Below are positions 1 to 8,697 of a stretch of DNA of 24,440 nt, one piece after another (the stretch's first letter is position 1; every line of letters begins with the position of its first letter). Under the pieces are notes generated by a model that saw nothing but the letters and a program-made list of their open reading frames with translations, did not search any database and was not told the origin of the DNA. Both the position numbers and the translations under genes were made by a program. The stretch is taken from positions 1 to 24,440 of IMG/VR virus record IMGVR_UViG_3300038379_000739; one strand, 5' to 3'. This stretch comes from a virus (Duplodnaviria > Caudoviricetes).

Positions 1-112
1 AAGCGAAACCCGATGATTTTGAACGACCTCGAAAACCTAATTGGCCGATTTAACGACTTGCTTTTGGAAAAACTCAATTTGCTCAAAATCAAGGTATAAC
101 TGCGCTTAACGT
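1..112 (+). repeat. Exact copy of 21552..21663 (3' end of the YqaJ gene plus the array anchor ...GCTTAACGT)
   Basis: Direct comparison: identical for 112 nt, diverges 2 nt after the AAC core. Confidence 0.97.
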
Positions 113-190
113 TTGCTTCCCCGCCCGTGCTGCGCGTTGAGGTTTGCGCGTTGGCTTGGGCAGCATGGTCGGGGAAGCGGTGTTTCGTGC
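104..190. other. attC-like recombination hairpin A1
   Basis: gcttAAC gttt gcttccccg c ccgtgctgc ... gcagcatgg t cggggaagc ggt GTTtcgtgc. Confidence 0.8.
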
Positions 191-416
191 ATCTTATTTA
201 TTTGGTTTTCAGGGTCCGGACAAAACTTGGACAGGGATTAAGGGTATTTACATCGCTTGTTGGGAGGGCGACCAAATTCAATGGGTAGAGGAAATTTTGA
301 GCAAAGTCAGTTTGGTTCAAACTATGCTCCCCTTCTACGAACAAGAACCCGCCGAGAAACGTGTCAAAATCAAAAATCAAAATCAGTCTGACGTTAAGAC
401 TGGAACAGACGACTAA
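191..416 (+). pseudogene. 5'-truncated gene remnant directly upstream of the XRE-ImmA gene
   Basis: The 144..416 ORF begins inside the hairpin and has no credible start after the cassette boundary. The sequence (GIKGIYIAC...IQWV...KRVKIK) looks like a protein C-terminus and ends 9 nt before the next ATG. Confidence 0.5.
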
Positions 417-425
417 AAACACATC

Positions 426-1487
426 ATGGTAAAGTTCAATTCTGAAATGCTTATTCTGGCTCGTGAGGCACGGGGGTTGTCGCAGGAGGAACTTGCCGCA
501 CAACTTGGAATAAAGCAAGGCACATTGTCAAAAATCGAAAATGGGTACTTAGATGTTTCAGAGTATCTTGACAAGATTTGCGACACGCTGAATTTTCCCC
601 AACTCTTTTTTCTAAGAGAAGGAAGGCGATTTGAGGTAAATACTCATTATTATCGCAAAAAAATAAGTGTTCCTAAAAAAGAACTTTCCCGGGCAAAAGC
701 AATAATCAATATTTTAAAATTCAATATTGAAAAATTGCTTTTGTCTATTGAACTGCCGGAATGTAATCTACCAAAATGGGATGTTTCAAAGAACGGTTCG
801 CCCTCTTTGTATGCCAACTATTTACGGGAATATTGGCGTATTCCAAAAGGCCGGATTGACAATTTGACTTCTTACGTTGAAAAAAATGGCATTATAGTTA
901 TTCATGTAGATTTTGGCACTACTAAATTAGATGGATTAAGCATTTATACCGAAGATAATCAGGCTGTTATTTTTTTGAACAAAGCGTTTCCGGGCGACAG
1001 GATGAGACTTACCCTCGCTCACGAAATCGGACACTTGGGAATGCACTTTTCCCAAATTGTTGACATGGAGCGCGATGTTGAAAAAGAGGCTCCTGAATTT
1101 GCTTCTGAACTTCTTGTGCCATCAAACGAAATTTTGCCACATCTTTCAAGGCTGAATTTGGAAAAACTTGCAGACCTAAAAAGATATTGGAAGGTTTCAA
1201 TGGCCGCAATCCTTTACAAAGCCCAAAAACTAAATCTTGTAAAAGATAATACGGCACGTTATTTATGGACGCAGTTTCGCAAACTGAACTACCATATTCA
1301 AGAACCCGTTGAACTTGAAGTCCCAGTCGAAAAACCAACATTGGTTAAAGAGGTCATTGATTTGTATTTGAATGATTTGGAGTATTCAAAATCTCAGTTG
1401 GCCGATTTGCTTTGTTTAAATTTGGCTGATTTTGAGGATTATTATTTTCAATCAAGGGTCAAGTTTAAAGTCATAATGATGCGTTGA
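426..1487 (+). CDS. XRE-family HTH fused to an ImmA/IrrE-family Zn metallopeptidase
   Basis: N-terminal HTH (AREARGLSQEELAAQLGIKQGTLSKIENG); R.RLTLAHEIGH HExxH motif; LK.YWKVSMAA segment. Confidence 0.92.
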   Translation: MVKFNSEMLILAREARGLSQEELAAQLGIKQGTLSKIENGYLDVSEYLDKICDTLNFPQLFFLREGRRFEVNTHYYRKKISVPKKELSRAKAIINILKFNIEKLLLSIELPECNLPKWDVSKNGSPSLYANYLREYWRIPKGRIDNLTSYVEKNGIIVIHVDFGTTKLDGLSIYTEDNQAVIFLNKAFPGDRMRLTLAHEIGHLGMHFSQIVDMERDVEKEAPEFASELLVPSNEILPHLSRLNLEKLADLKRYWKVSMAAILYKAQKLNLVKDNTARYLWTQFRKLNYHIQEPVELEVPVEKPTLVKEVIDLYLNDLEYSKSQLADLLCLNLADFEDYYFQSRVKFKVIMMR

Positions 1488-1505
1488 TATTTATTTCTTC
1501 TTTTT

Positions 1506-1573
1506 GCACGGAACTGAGGCATGAACGCCGTGCAAGGTTTACGAAGCCTGGGCGGCCATGCTGGGTTAGCCGA
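1506..1573. other. attC-like recombination hairpin A2
   Basis: gcacggAAC tgag gcatg aa cgcc ... ggcg gc catgc tgg GTTagccga; gcacggaac is complementary (1 mismatch) to the cassette start gtttcgtgc at 182. Confidence 0.75.
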
Positions 1574-1584
1574 ATTCTAACATC

Positions 1585-2298
1585 ATGAAAAAACTCCTCG
1601 ATCTATACAGTGGCGCAGGACTTGCGGCAATCGGCTACAAGCAATCCGGGTTTCATGTTACAGGCGTTGACATAGAGAAAAAAACGTGCTATGCTGGTGA
1701 CACCTGGATACAGGCTGACGCGCTTAAAATTTTGGCAGATGTAAGTTTTTGCCGCCAATTCGATGCAATACACGCCAGTCCTCCGTGCCAGAAATACAGC
1801 CAATCAACGGCGATGTTTCGAGCGGCAGGAAAAGTGTATGCAGATTTGATTGAACCGACCCGCGATGCACTTGAATTGATAGGGCTGCCATACGTGATGG
1901 AGAATGTACCTACTGCGCCGGTTCGGCCTGATATTGTTCTACATGGATGGATGTTTGGCCTCAATGTGATGCGCAAGCGACATTTTGAACTTGGCAATTG
2001 GTGGATGATGCAACCGGGAGTAAGCAAGCGGATTGGCTCGGTAAAGGCTGGGGATTTTTGCACCATAATAGGAAAGCAAGGCTACCGAAAATACAAAGGG
2101 TTGCCGAAAAATTGGCGGCCTAAGTTCGACCAGGGTAGCGGAATTAAAACCTGGCATTTTGCTATGGGCATACCGATTCAATACAAGTTCAAGGATGTAG
2201 AAATTGCCGAAGGCATTCCGCCAGCCTATACAGAATACATTGGCGGCTACCTTGCCGAGTACCTGGATCGAGTGGCCACGCTTTCACTTGTCGGCTAA
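1585..2298 (+). CDS. DNA (cytosine-5)-methyltransferase, short phage type
   Basis: Motif I DLYSGAG, catalytic SPPCQ, motif VI ENV, R.R.F; the stop codon lies in the AAC core. Confidence 0.88.
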   Translation: MKKLLDLYSGAGLAAIGYKQSGFHVTGVDIEKKTCYAGDTWIQADALKILADVSFCRQFDAIHASPPCQKYSQSTAMFRAAGKVYADLIEPTRDALELIGLPYVMENVPTAPVRPDIVLHGWMFGLNVMRKRHFELGNWWMMQPGVSKRIGSVKAGDFCTIIGKQGYRKYKGLPKNWRPKFDQGSGIKTWHFAMGIPIQYKFKDVEIAEGIPPAYTEYIGGYLAEYLDRVATLSLVG

Positions 2299-2357
2299 CT
2301 CCAAGCCTGTTGCATTGCGACATTAGGAGCATTGCCAACAGGCGGCAGTTAGCCACA
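2291..2357. other. attC-like hairpin at the backbone start (shared by both arrays)
   Basis: tcggctAAC tccaa gcctgttg cattgc ... gcattg c caacaggc ggca GTTagccac; tcggctaac is the exact reverse complement of gttagccga at 1565. Confidence 0.82.
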
Positions 2358-2404
2358 ATATTTCAACTCTAAACAGCCCAGAAACGGGCATAAAAAAATG
2401 CACC

Positions 2405-2857
2405 ATGAAAAATTGGCAACCATATGAAATAGAAGATGGCTTCTTGGTCGTCATATTAGACGACCAAGGAAAGCCCATTAGAAAAACCTGCAAATGTGGC
2501 GGGAACAAAAAAACCGCGCTTGAAAACGCTCGCCGCATAGCCGCTTGCATAAATGCGTGCGAAGGGATTGAAACAGAAGATTTAGAAACACGCCCGCCGT
2601 CCACCGGAAGTGTTTTCTGGCTATCAAAAAATTTTCAAAAACTCGGCATTGAAAATGCCGCCCTTCGACAGCAAAACAAGGAGTTGGCAGAGGCATTGAA
2701 AATGATGAAAAAAGTAACCAATGTACTCGGCGCTGGAATTGGGAAAATAAAAACGCCCGACAACTTTTTTGAATTTTGGAACGACACCGAAATAATGGCT
2801 GCAAAAGCAATTGCAGCAAACGCAGAGCCACCGAACACCCAAGCACAAATTCTCTAA
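2405..2857 (+). CDS. Phage hypothetical protein
   Basis: 150-aa ORF with NARRIAACINACEGI, a motif I recall from phage proteins, followed by a coiled-coil segment. Confidence 0.75.
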   Translation: MKNWQPYEIEDGFLVVILDDQGKPIRKTCKCGGNKKTALENARRIAACINACEGIETEDLETRPPSTGSVFWLSKNFQKLGIENAALRQQNKELAEALKMMKKVTNVLGAGIGKIKTPDNFFEFWNDTEIMAAKAIAANAEPPNTQAQIL

Positions 2858-2860
2858 ACC

Positions 2861-3700
2861 ATGAAACACCCACACCCGCTCCGCGTCATCAACTACACCG
2901 AACTCGCGTTCGCGTTCGTCGCCCACGTCATCACTATCCCAATCCTTGGAGTGCTGACAGGCCTCATCTGCGGCTGCGCCGTGCTCTACACCATTCGGAT
3001 TCAAGCCGACGCCGCCAAACCACGCACCAGCCGCGCCGCGTTCTACGGAACACTCGCTTTCAAAACCGGCCAACTTTGGATTCACCAAACCTCGTTCCTT
3101 TTTATCTTCACATGGTCGGGCAAAACCCTCCCATTTGGTTGGTCACTCGATTCATGGGCATGGATAACCACCGCGTTCATTTTCATCATTGACATTTGGG
3201 CGCTCTACACCACCGCACAGGAAGCCAAAGAACAAGCCGCCGAAGTCATCGCCGCAAACGCCCACGAAGAACAGCAAAACCGAGAAGAAAGAGCCGAGCG
3301 CGAACGCAAAGCACAACGCGAACGCGACAGCCAAGAACGTATCGAACTTGCCCGCATCCGTGCAGAACACAAAACAACCGCCAAACTCGCGGCAGAGGAA
3401 ACCGAGCGGAAGCGATTGGAAAACGAAAGAATCACTGCGGAACTCAAGTGGAAAGCCGAAGAAGATGCGCGGAAACTCGCGGAAGCCAAGTGGAAAGCCG
3501 AAGAAGATGCACGGAAACTCGCAGAACAAGAGCGGAAAGAAACGGAACGTGTGAAGAAAGAGGAAGAACAGATGCGGAAGGCTGCGGAACTTGAGCAGAC
3601 GCGGCGGGAAGAAGCAGAGAAGAAAAAACAGCGCGAAATCTGGCGATTGCAGAAGCAAAATCGGAAAATCAATCACTCTCTACCTGTTGAAGCAACCTAA
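2861..3700 (+). CDS. Membrane protein with a long C-terminal charged coiled coil
   Basis: 3-4 hydrophobic segments in the N-terminal ~115 aa; E/K/R/A-rich tail. Confidence 0.75.
   Translation: MKHPHPLRVINYTELAFAFVAHVITIPILGVLTGLICGCAVLYTIRIQADAAKPRTSRAAFYGTLAFKTGQLWIHQTSFLFIFTWSGKTLPFGWSLDSWAWITTAFIFIIDIWALYTTAQEAKEQAAEVIAANAHEEQQNREERAERERKAQRERDSQERIELARIRAEHKTTAKLAAEETERKRLENERITAELKWKAEEDARKLAEAKWKAEEDARKLAEQERKETERVKKEEEQMRKAAELEQTRREEAEKKKQREIWRLQKQNRKINHSLPVEAT
3446..3526 (+). repeat. 42-bp tandem duplication (KWKAEEDARKLAE x2)
   Basis: aagtggaaagccgaagaagatgc.cggaaactcgc.gaa occurs at 3446 and 3488. Confidence 0.9.
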
Positions 3701-3819
3701 ACTTTCACCCCGCCCCGTCCGACGAGGCTACAAACGAAAAGGAAAAATGACCAATCAATCCCACAAACGCGCCCAGCGCCGACGCCAACCGTCGCCGAAT
3801 ACTTCAAAATCTTATAGCC

Positions 3820-4020
3820 ATGATTTACAAATGTAATAACGAACTCGCCACCCTACTTGAACTCCTGAGAAACAACCAGAAAAACTTTTTCAAAAGCCAA
3901 CCGGGTAGCAATGAACGGTTTGTATTCCTTGCAGAATCCAAACGCCTCGAAAAAGAACTCGACAACTTTCTGAAAGCACGGAAAGAAGAAGAAGAAAGGT
4001 TGCCAAACTTGCTTTCGTGA
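3820..4020 (+). CDS. Hypothetical protein (66 aa)
   Basis: ATG ORF co-directional with the early operon; helical composition. Confidence 0.6.
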   Translation: MIYKCNNELATLLELLRNNQKNFFKSQPGSNERFVFLAESKRLEKELDNFLKARKEEEERLPNLLS

Positions 4021-4065
4021 TTCAAACAGACTATTTTTGTTGCAGTTTTCATTTGGTTTTTTTGG

Positions 4066-4140
4066 GGTTAGCCCTGGCGTCTCCGACGTTGGGGCTTTTT
4101 TGTTGAATAAAAAAAGCCCGCACTTTCCAGCACGGGCGCC
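4066..4140. terminator. Terminator region between convergent operons
   Basis: gccctggcgtc-tcc-gacgttggggc followed by a T-tract (+ strand); A-tract then gcccg...cgggc (- strand). Confidence 0.6.
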
Positions 4141-4200
4141 CTAATTGTTGAAAAAAACCAATTAAAATACCTTTGCTCAGCCTCTTTCGGCCAAACTCTT

Positions 4201-4458
4201 TCACGCAATGAATTTCGTGGCCGTTTTGCGAAAGTAAATCGCCAGCGACCCGCCAACCAAAACAAGCGCATCCATCCACCGGCCAGCCTTCAACATCAAA
4301 ACGCCGCCATCCAAATCAGGATAAACCGCCTGCGCGTGCTGCAGGTCGTTCCAGTCAATAACTCCAAAAGAAGCCAGAAAATGAGCCACCGCGCCAGCCA
4401 TCAAAGCCAAAACGGCCTGAACGGTACGGCTTTGGAAAAGTTTTTTTGTTTGTTCCAT
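4201..4458 (-). CDS. Small membrane protein, putative holin (start at MEQTKK)
   Basis: 85 aa, two hydrophobic helices, KK.FQSRT N-terminus, basic C-terminus, last gene of the late operon. Confidence 0.55.
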   Translation of the reverse strand: MEQTKKLFQSRTVQAVLALMAGAVAHFLASFGVIDWNDLQHAQAVYPDLDGGVLMLKAGRWMDALVLVGGSLAIYFRKTATKFIA

Positions 4459-4550
4459 GATATGAGTAGATTTTGATTTCCAAAAGACCGCCCCCGGCTC
4501 GTTCGCCGAGGGCTTGAACAACAAATTATGAAAACCCGTGAGTGAAACGG

Positions 4551-4721
4551 CTATTTTTTCTCATCGCCAACTGGAAGCGTGTTCAACTTATCTTTCAACT
4601 TGTGCAACCGCACGGCAAAAGCCCGCAAATCCTTAGCCAAACCAGCAAGTTCCGTGCTGATTTCTTCTACTTGAGACGCTTCTATCAAGAGCATTTCCAC
4701 TAATTTAGAAATAGAATCCAT
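4551..4721 (-). CDS. Small coiled-coil protein, 56 aa (not in the ORF track)
   Basis: Manual translation MDSISKLVEMLLIEASQVEEISTELAGLAKDLRAFAVRLHKLKDKLNTLPVGDEKK; fills a gap in the operon. Confidence 0.6.
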   Translation of the reverse strand: MDSISKLVEMLLIEASQVEEISTELAGLAKDLRAFAVRLHKLKDKLNTLPVGDEKK

Positions 4722-4767
4722 TTTTCGGCAGTTTAGCCCATTTCAGGCCAAAAACGTGCCGTTCAGG

Positions 4768-7278
4768 TCAATAAACGCTATAAAACTGCATTGTCGCAAT
4801 CTGTGCGCTTCGGATCGTTGTGCCTACGCTCTTCCAAATGCCCGCTCGCTGACCCACCGCCACCGCACTTGGCAAATTCGATGACACCCGCCCAGCATAA
4901 GCGCCATTCACATAAAAACGCGCCTCGGTCGCCTCGTCGGCATACACCACCGTCAACAAATAAAGCGTGTTGGCAGCAACTGTAATACCCAAATCCACCG
5001 TACTTTCTGTGCCACTATTGTTTCGACTATAACCCTCGAATTTGCCAGAATTTATGCCGCTCGAATATCGAATTGCAACCGTGTTGTTCACAGCCAACGT
5101 CATGCTATTCGGTGAAGGAACAAACCCAAACTGAAACGTATAAGTCTGCGTTCCGTCGCTCAACGTCGGAAAATAAACCCACGCGCTCGTCGTCAAATGC
5201 GCAGAGGTATAGTAAGAAGGATTGAGAACAGTTTTGGAAAAATAAAGCGTCGCAGCGCCACTGGCGCTCGATGCTGTGTTCACCTCCCACGTGCCGGGAA
5301 AACTCGCCGAGCCTGCAACAGTGCCGTTGCCGCCGCCCGAAATCCCAAACCCAACCGTCCCCCAGTCCGCGCCCGTTGTAGCGCCAACCGATTCGAAATA
5401 GTGGTGTCCTTTCACATTCAGCGAAGGGTCGAAAGTGTTGCTCACAACAACCCACCGGCTCAACGTGCCGTCGTACTCGATGACAGACGACCCGCCAACC
5501 TGCAAAATGTAGTCCTGTCCGCTCTCCGAACACGCCACGCGCTGCGCAGCAGTACCACCAGCATGTTCGCAGGGAATGTAAATCGGATAAGAACCGACAT
5601 TCCGCAATTTCTTTTGCTCGCCGGAAGTAGCCGCAGCGAACGACTGTATACCGAAAAAACCGCTCGCCGAGAGCCGGACAGTCGTAGCGTCGTCCCACCC
5701 GGTCGGCGCATAATCGGTTTGAGTGACGGTAATCTGGCTCGGCGTTATCACCGATGGCGACGAGCCCCCACTCGGTGTCGCCCAAGTGCCATCTCCGCGC
5801 CAGAATGTCGAACCACTTGCGCCAGTACCGCTATTCAAGTTCGTCACCGGAAGATTGCCGGTCACATCGGCACTCGCAAGGTCAACCGACCCGTTCGCCA
5901 ACTCAGTGCCTGTCACAGCATTGGTCGCAATCTCTGACGAGCCAACAGCGTCCGCAACGATTTCGTCAGACCCTACCCCATCCGTCGCTATTTCCGTAGC
6001 CGTCACACCACCATTTGGAATATTGAAACTGACATCCGTTTCGTCGTTGCCAGAATCATCAGTAAGCGCTGCATTAATAGTAGACGTCGTTACGAAATTC
6101 AAGCCAGTCCGCGCAGTCATCGCCGAACCGTCATCTTTGATAGTGTGACCACCAGCGCCACCGCTCGGAGTCGCCCAAGTGCCATCGCCGCGCCAAAACG
6201 TACTACCCGAAGCACCCGACCCCGAGTTGAGATTTGTAACTGGCAAATTACCCGTCACGTCAGCACTCGCCAAATCCACCGCGCCAGTCGCCAACTCGTT
6301 GCTGCTAACCACGCCCGCGTCAATCTGCCAGTTGGTCCCGCTACTCGAAACAATGATGTCGCCCTTATCGCCATCACTTGTGCCGCCAGCCACGCCGTCC
6401 ACATAGGCTTTATCGGTCAACCAACGCGCAGTTGAACCGCTTGAATGGTCGGAAATATAATAAAGCCCATTCTCACCTATCAATAAGCGCAACGTCGAAG
6501 TCGTCGAGCCAATCGGCGTTACCCAAAACTCAATCTCGGTGCCTCGGGCAGTATTTGTCCATGTTTCAGTGGAACGGGCAAGCATTTCAGCGCCAACACC
6601 AAGAGTAGATGATACACCACGGGACTTCCACTGAGTGCCGCCAAGAATATGATTATCTTCCAACGCAGCGCCATCATTTGTGACCTGCAACAGAATTGGA
6701 TTCGACGGCAATGTAGCCACCGTACTCGATGAAGCGTTTTCGCTGCGCTGCAAAACATACGCAGAGCCGGAAGTAAATTGCACATCAAAAAGCCCACCAC
6801 CGCCATTCATATTAATTGCCGCGCCAGCCGCACCATTGCCAATGCCAAGCGCATCGTCAATGACAACAGTAGATGGCAATGTAAACGAAACGCCACCAAC
6901 CGAATGAGTTACAGAAACCTTATCTGACGTGCCACTAAGCGTTTTCCACTCACCAGCCGTCGCACCAGAATTAACGCCCCACACCCGATTCGCAGAGCCA
7001 AGCGTGTTCGGCAAAACGACAGGGTTGGCCAGCAACACCCACGTTGAGCCGGTCGAATGATAGTAAAGTAGCTTATTCGTATAGTCCCACGCAATTTTGC
7101 CACCGTAAGTCGTCGGAGTCCAATTCGGCACAGCATCGGTGTGTGGAACACTCGCCGAATACTGAATGCCGGAAAAATCCACAGACAACAACGGCGCCCA
7201 GCGCGCAGGTTGATATTGACCGAAAGCAAAGGCCGCAACCGCAAGAAAAAAGGAAAGGAAAAGTAGTTTTCTCATCAA
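4768..7278 (-). CDS. Large fibre/adhesin-like protein with an N-terminal signal peptide
   Basis: 836 aa, G/S/T-rich; AVT..EIA repeats; duplicated ~46-aa module; beta-rich C-terminal domain; N-terminus [21 protein letters not shown]. Confidence 0.7.
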   Translation of the reverse strand: MMRKLLFLSFFLAVAAFAFGQYQPARWAPLLSVDFSGIQYSASVPHTDAVPNWTPTTYGGKIAWDYTNKLLYYHSTGSTWVLLANPVVLPNTLGSANRVWGVNSGATAGEWKTLSGTSDKVSVTHSVGGVSFTLPSTVVIDDALGIGNGAAGAAINMNGGGGLFDVQFTSGSAYVLQRSENASSSTVATLPSNPILLQVTNDGAALEDNHILGGTQWKSRGVSSTLGVGAEMLARSTETWTNTARGTEIEFWVTPIGSTTSTLRLLIGENGLYYISDHSSGSTARWLTDKAYVDGVAGGTSDGDKGDIIVSSSGTNWQIDAGVVSSNELATGAVDLASADVTGNLPVTNLNSGSGASGSTFWRGDGTWATPSGGAGGHTIKDDGSAMTARTGLNFVTTSTINAALTDDSGNDETDVSFNIPNGGVTATEIATDGVGSDEIVADAVGSSEIATNAVTGTELANGSVDLASADVTGNLPVTNLNSGTGASGSTFWRGDGTWATPSGGSSPSVITPSQITVTQTDYAPTGWDDATTVRLSASGFFGIQSFAAATSGEQKKLRNVGSYPIYIPCEHAGGTAAQRVACSESGQDYILQVGGSSVIEYDGTLSRWVVVSNTFDPSLNVKGHHYFESVGATTGADWGTVGFGISGGGNGTVAGSASFPGTWEVNTASSASGAATLYFSKTVLNPSYYTSAHLTTSAWVYFPTLSDGTQTYTFQFGFVPSPNSMTLAVNNTVAIRYSSGINSGKFEGYSRNNSGTESTVDLGITVAANTLYLLTVVYADEATEARFYVNGAYAGRVSSNLPSAVAVGQRAGIWKSVGTTIRSAQIATMQFYSVY
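5768..6297 (-). repeat. Two copies of a ~137-bp module within the fibre-like gene (5768..5904 and 6161..6297)
   Basis: [44 protein letters not shown] occurs twice; DNA differences are mostly synonymous. Confidence 0.85.
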
Positions 7279-7730
7279 ATAAGACGTTTTGTAAGTGAAC
7301 CATAGGCTGCGCGGTCATGTCCACTCCCAGCCCAATAAGCATCGCCAATATCCAAACCATCCGCTTGAGCCGCTTGGTCGCTGTCATAAGTCCCCAAATC
7401 GCCCAACGTTGGATTTCCGGTGCTAAAACTCGCAGCATGAGCCTCTACGAAAACAAATTGCCCCGAAGTTGTATCGTCAAGCCAATACTGATACCAGTAG
7501 TAGTTTTTGCCGCCATACACGAAATACCAGTTCGGCCATTCATCCTCTCCAATCAGCACGGTAGGAGTGCGAATCAAAAAACCCAACGCACCGGAAGTCC
7601 AATATGTAAATTCAGGAAAGGCTGAAATTTGCGCCCAAATTTCCGTGTCAGCAGTGACAAGGCTCACGACCGTGCGAAGCGTCACACGCCGATTCATTGC
7701 GCCAATTTCAACCTTTGTCGGGAACGACAT
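7275..7730 (-). CDS. Head-closure (SPP1 gp16-like) protein with a C-terminal extension
   Basis: [10 protein letters not shown]...IWAQI N-terminus and position after the connector gene; extra [19 protein letters not shown] tail. Confidence 0.55.
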   Translation of the reverse strand: MSFPTKVEIGAMNRRVTLRTVVSLVTADTEIWAQISAFPEFTYWTSGALGFLIRTPTVLIGEDEWPNWYFVYGGKNYYWYQYWLDDTTSGQFVFVEAHAASFSTGNPTLGDLGTYDSDQAAQADGLDIGDAYWAGSGHDRAAYGSLTKRLI

Positions 7731-7755
7731 CTTTACTTAATTTTTACTCAATTGT

Positions 7756-8373
7756 TCACTTGTGAACTCGATATGGGTCAATCAGAGTTTTTACAATCAT
7801 ATCATCATCGTTGTGGCCGCTACGGAAATTGTACCAAGAGCCAATGAGCCGCCGCATCGCCTCCCTCAATCCGCCCGGAATATTGCTGCCAGCCGAGCCA
7901 TAGCCAGCATCATACACAACCTTTATCGCATTGGTGTAAGGCTCGATTGGCGGCCAGTCTACACCGGATGCCTTGCAAATCCGCGCAGGACCTTGACCAT
8001 TTAGACCAGAAACAAGGTCAGAAAAGTAATTAGCCGAATTCCACGTTGTGTAAGATGAAGGTGTTCCGCCAGTAGCAATATAAGAAACACTCGTAATTAT
8101 GCGGACTGGCGCAATGTACAACTTCAAAACCCTGCTATCCAACGCTTTAGGGTTTGGCGGCAAGGGCGGAAATTCATCAAAATATTCCGTAATGGATTGA
8201 TTTATCAGTGCGCGGGCAGTGGCACGCTCTACAACCATTCGAGCGTCACGAATCATCGCAGTTATCAAATCATCGTCCGTTGTCACAGTTGAATCAACTT
8301 TCAAATAAACCTTCATCTCCGCAACCGTGAACGGCTCCGACGCAGGCTCACTATGTACTTGCCAAACTGCCAT
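7756..8373 (-). CDS. Head-tail connector (gp6/gp15-like)
   Basis: PASEPFTVAEMKVYLKVD...DDDLITAMIRDARMVVE..T.RAL; Y.AGYG; position in the head module. Confidence 0.85.
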   Translation of the reverse strand: MAVWQVHSEPASEPFTVAEMKVYLKVDSTVTTDDDLITAMIRDARMVVERATARALINQSITEYFDEFPPLPPNPKALDSRVLKLYIAPVRIITSVSYIATGGTPSSYTTWNSANYFSDLVSGLNGQGPARICKASGVDWPPIEPYTNAIKVVYDAGYGSAGSNIPGGLREAMRRLIGSWYNFRSGHNDDDMIVKTLIDPYRVHK

Positions 8374-8430
8374 TGGTCAGAAATTTAAAAGCGGCTGCCG
8401 TCAGTCGCCCAACAACAGCCGATACCCGCG

Positions 8431-8652
8431 TTATTTTTTCGATTCTTTTTCGGCAGCCACCAAAGCGTCATAAACATCGGCCTCATCTTTCGTGGCAAGG
8501 CGGCAAACACCGAGCGACTCGAGGCCTTTTTTGATGACCTTGCCCTCCAATTTTTGGTCGGCAAAATCTTCGGCAATCACTAAGCCGGTTTCCCCAGCGA
8601 TATAACCGTAACCATAAGCCGTTCCGGCCTTGAGAAAAAAAACTTTTTTCAT
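8431..8652 (-). CDS. Small capsid-adjacent protein
   Basis: 73 aa between the capsid and connector genes. Confidence 0.65.
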   Translation of the reverse strand: MKKVFFLKAGTAYGYGYIAGETGLVIAEDFADQKLEGKVIKKGLESLGVCRLATKDEADVYDALVAAEKESKK

Positions 8653-8697
8653 GGAAAATTTTCAGTTTTAATGTGAAAAATGAGTTCAAGCAGCCTT

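Noticed and set aside
1-112. Direct terminal repeats or attL/attR of a prophage
   Set aside because: The two window ends do not match each other; each matches an internal position, and there is no host flank or integrase.
3152-3676. Overlapping alternative ORFs across the coiled-coil gene
   Set aside because: They arise from low-complexity purine-rich coding sequence.
5768-6297. Diversity-generating retroelement TR/VR pair
   Set aside because: Both copies are in frame in one gene, differences are mostly synonymous rather than adenine-specific, and no reverse transcriptase is present.
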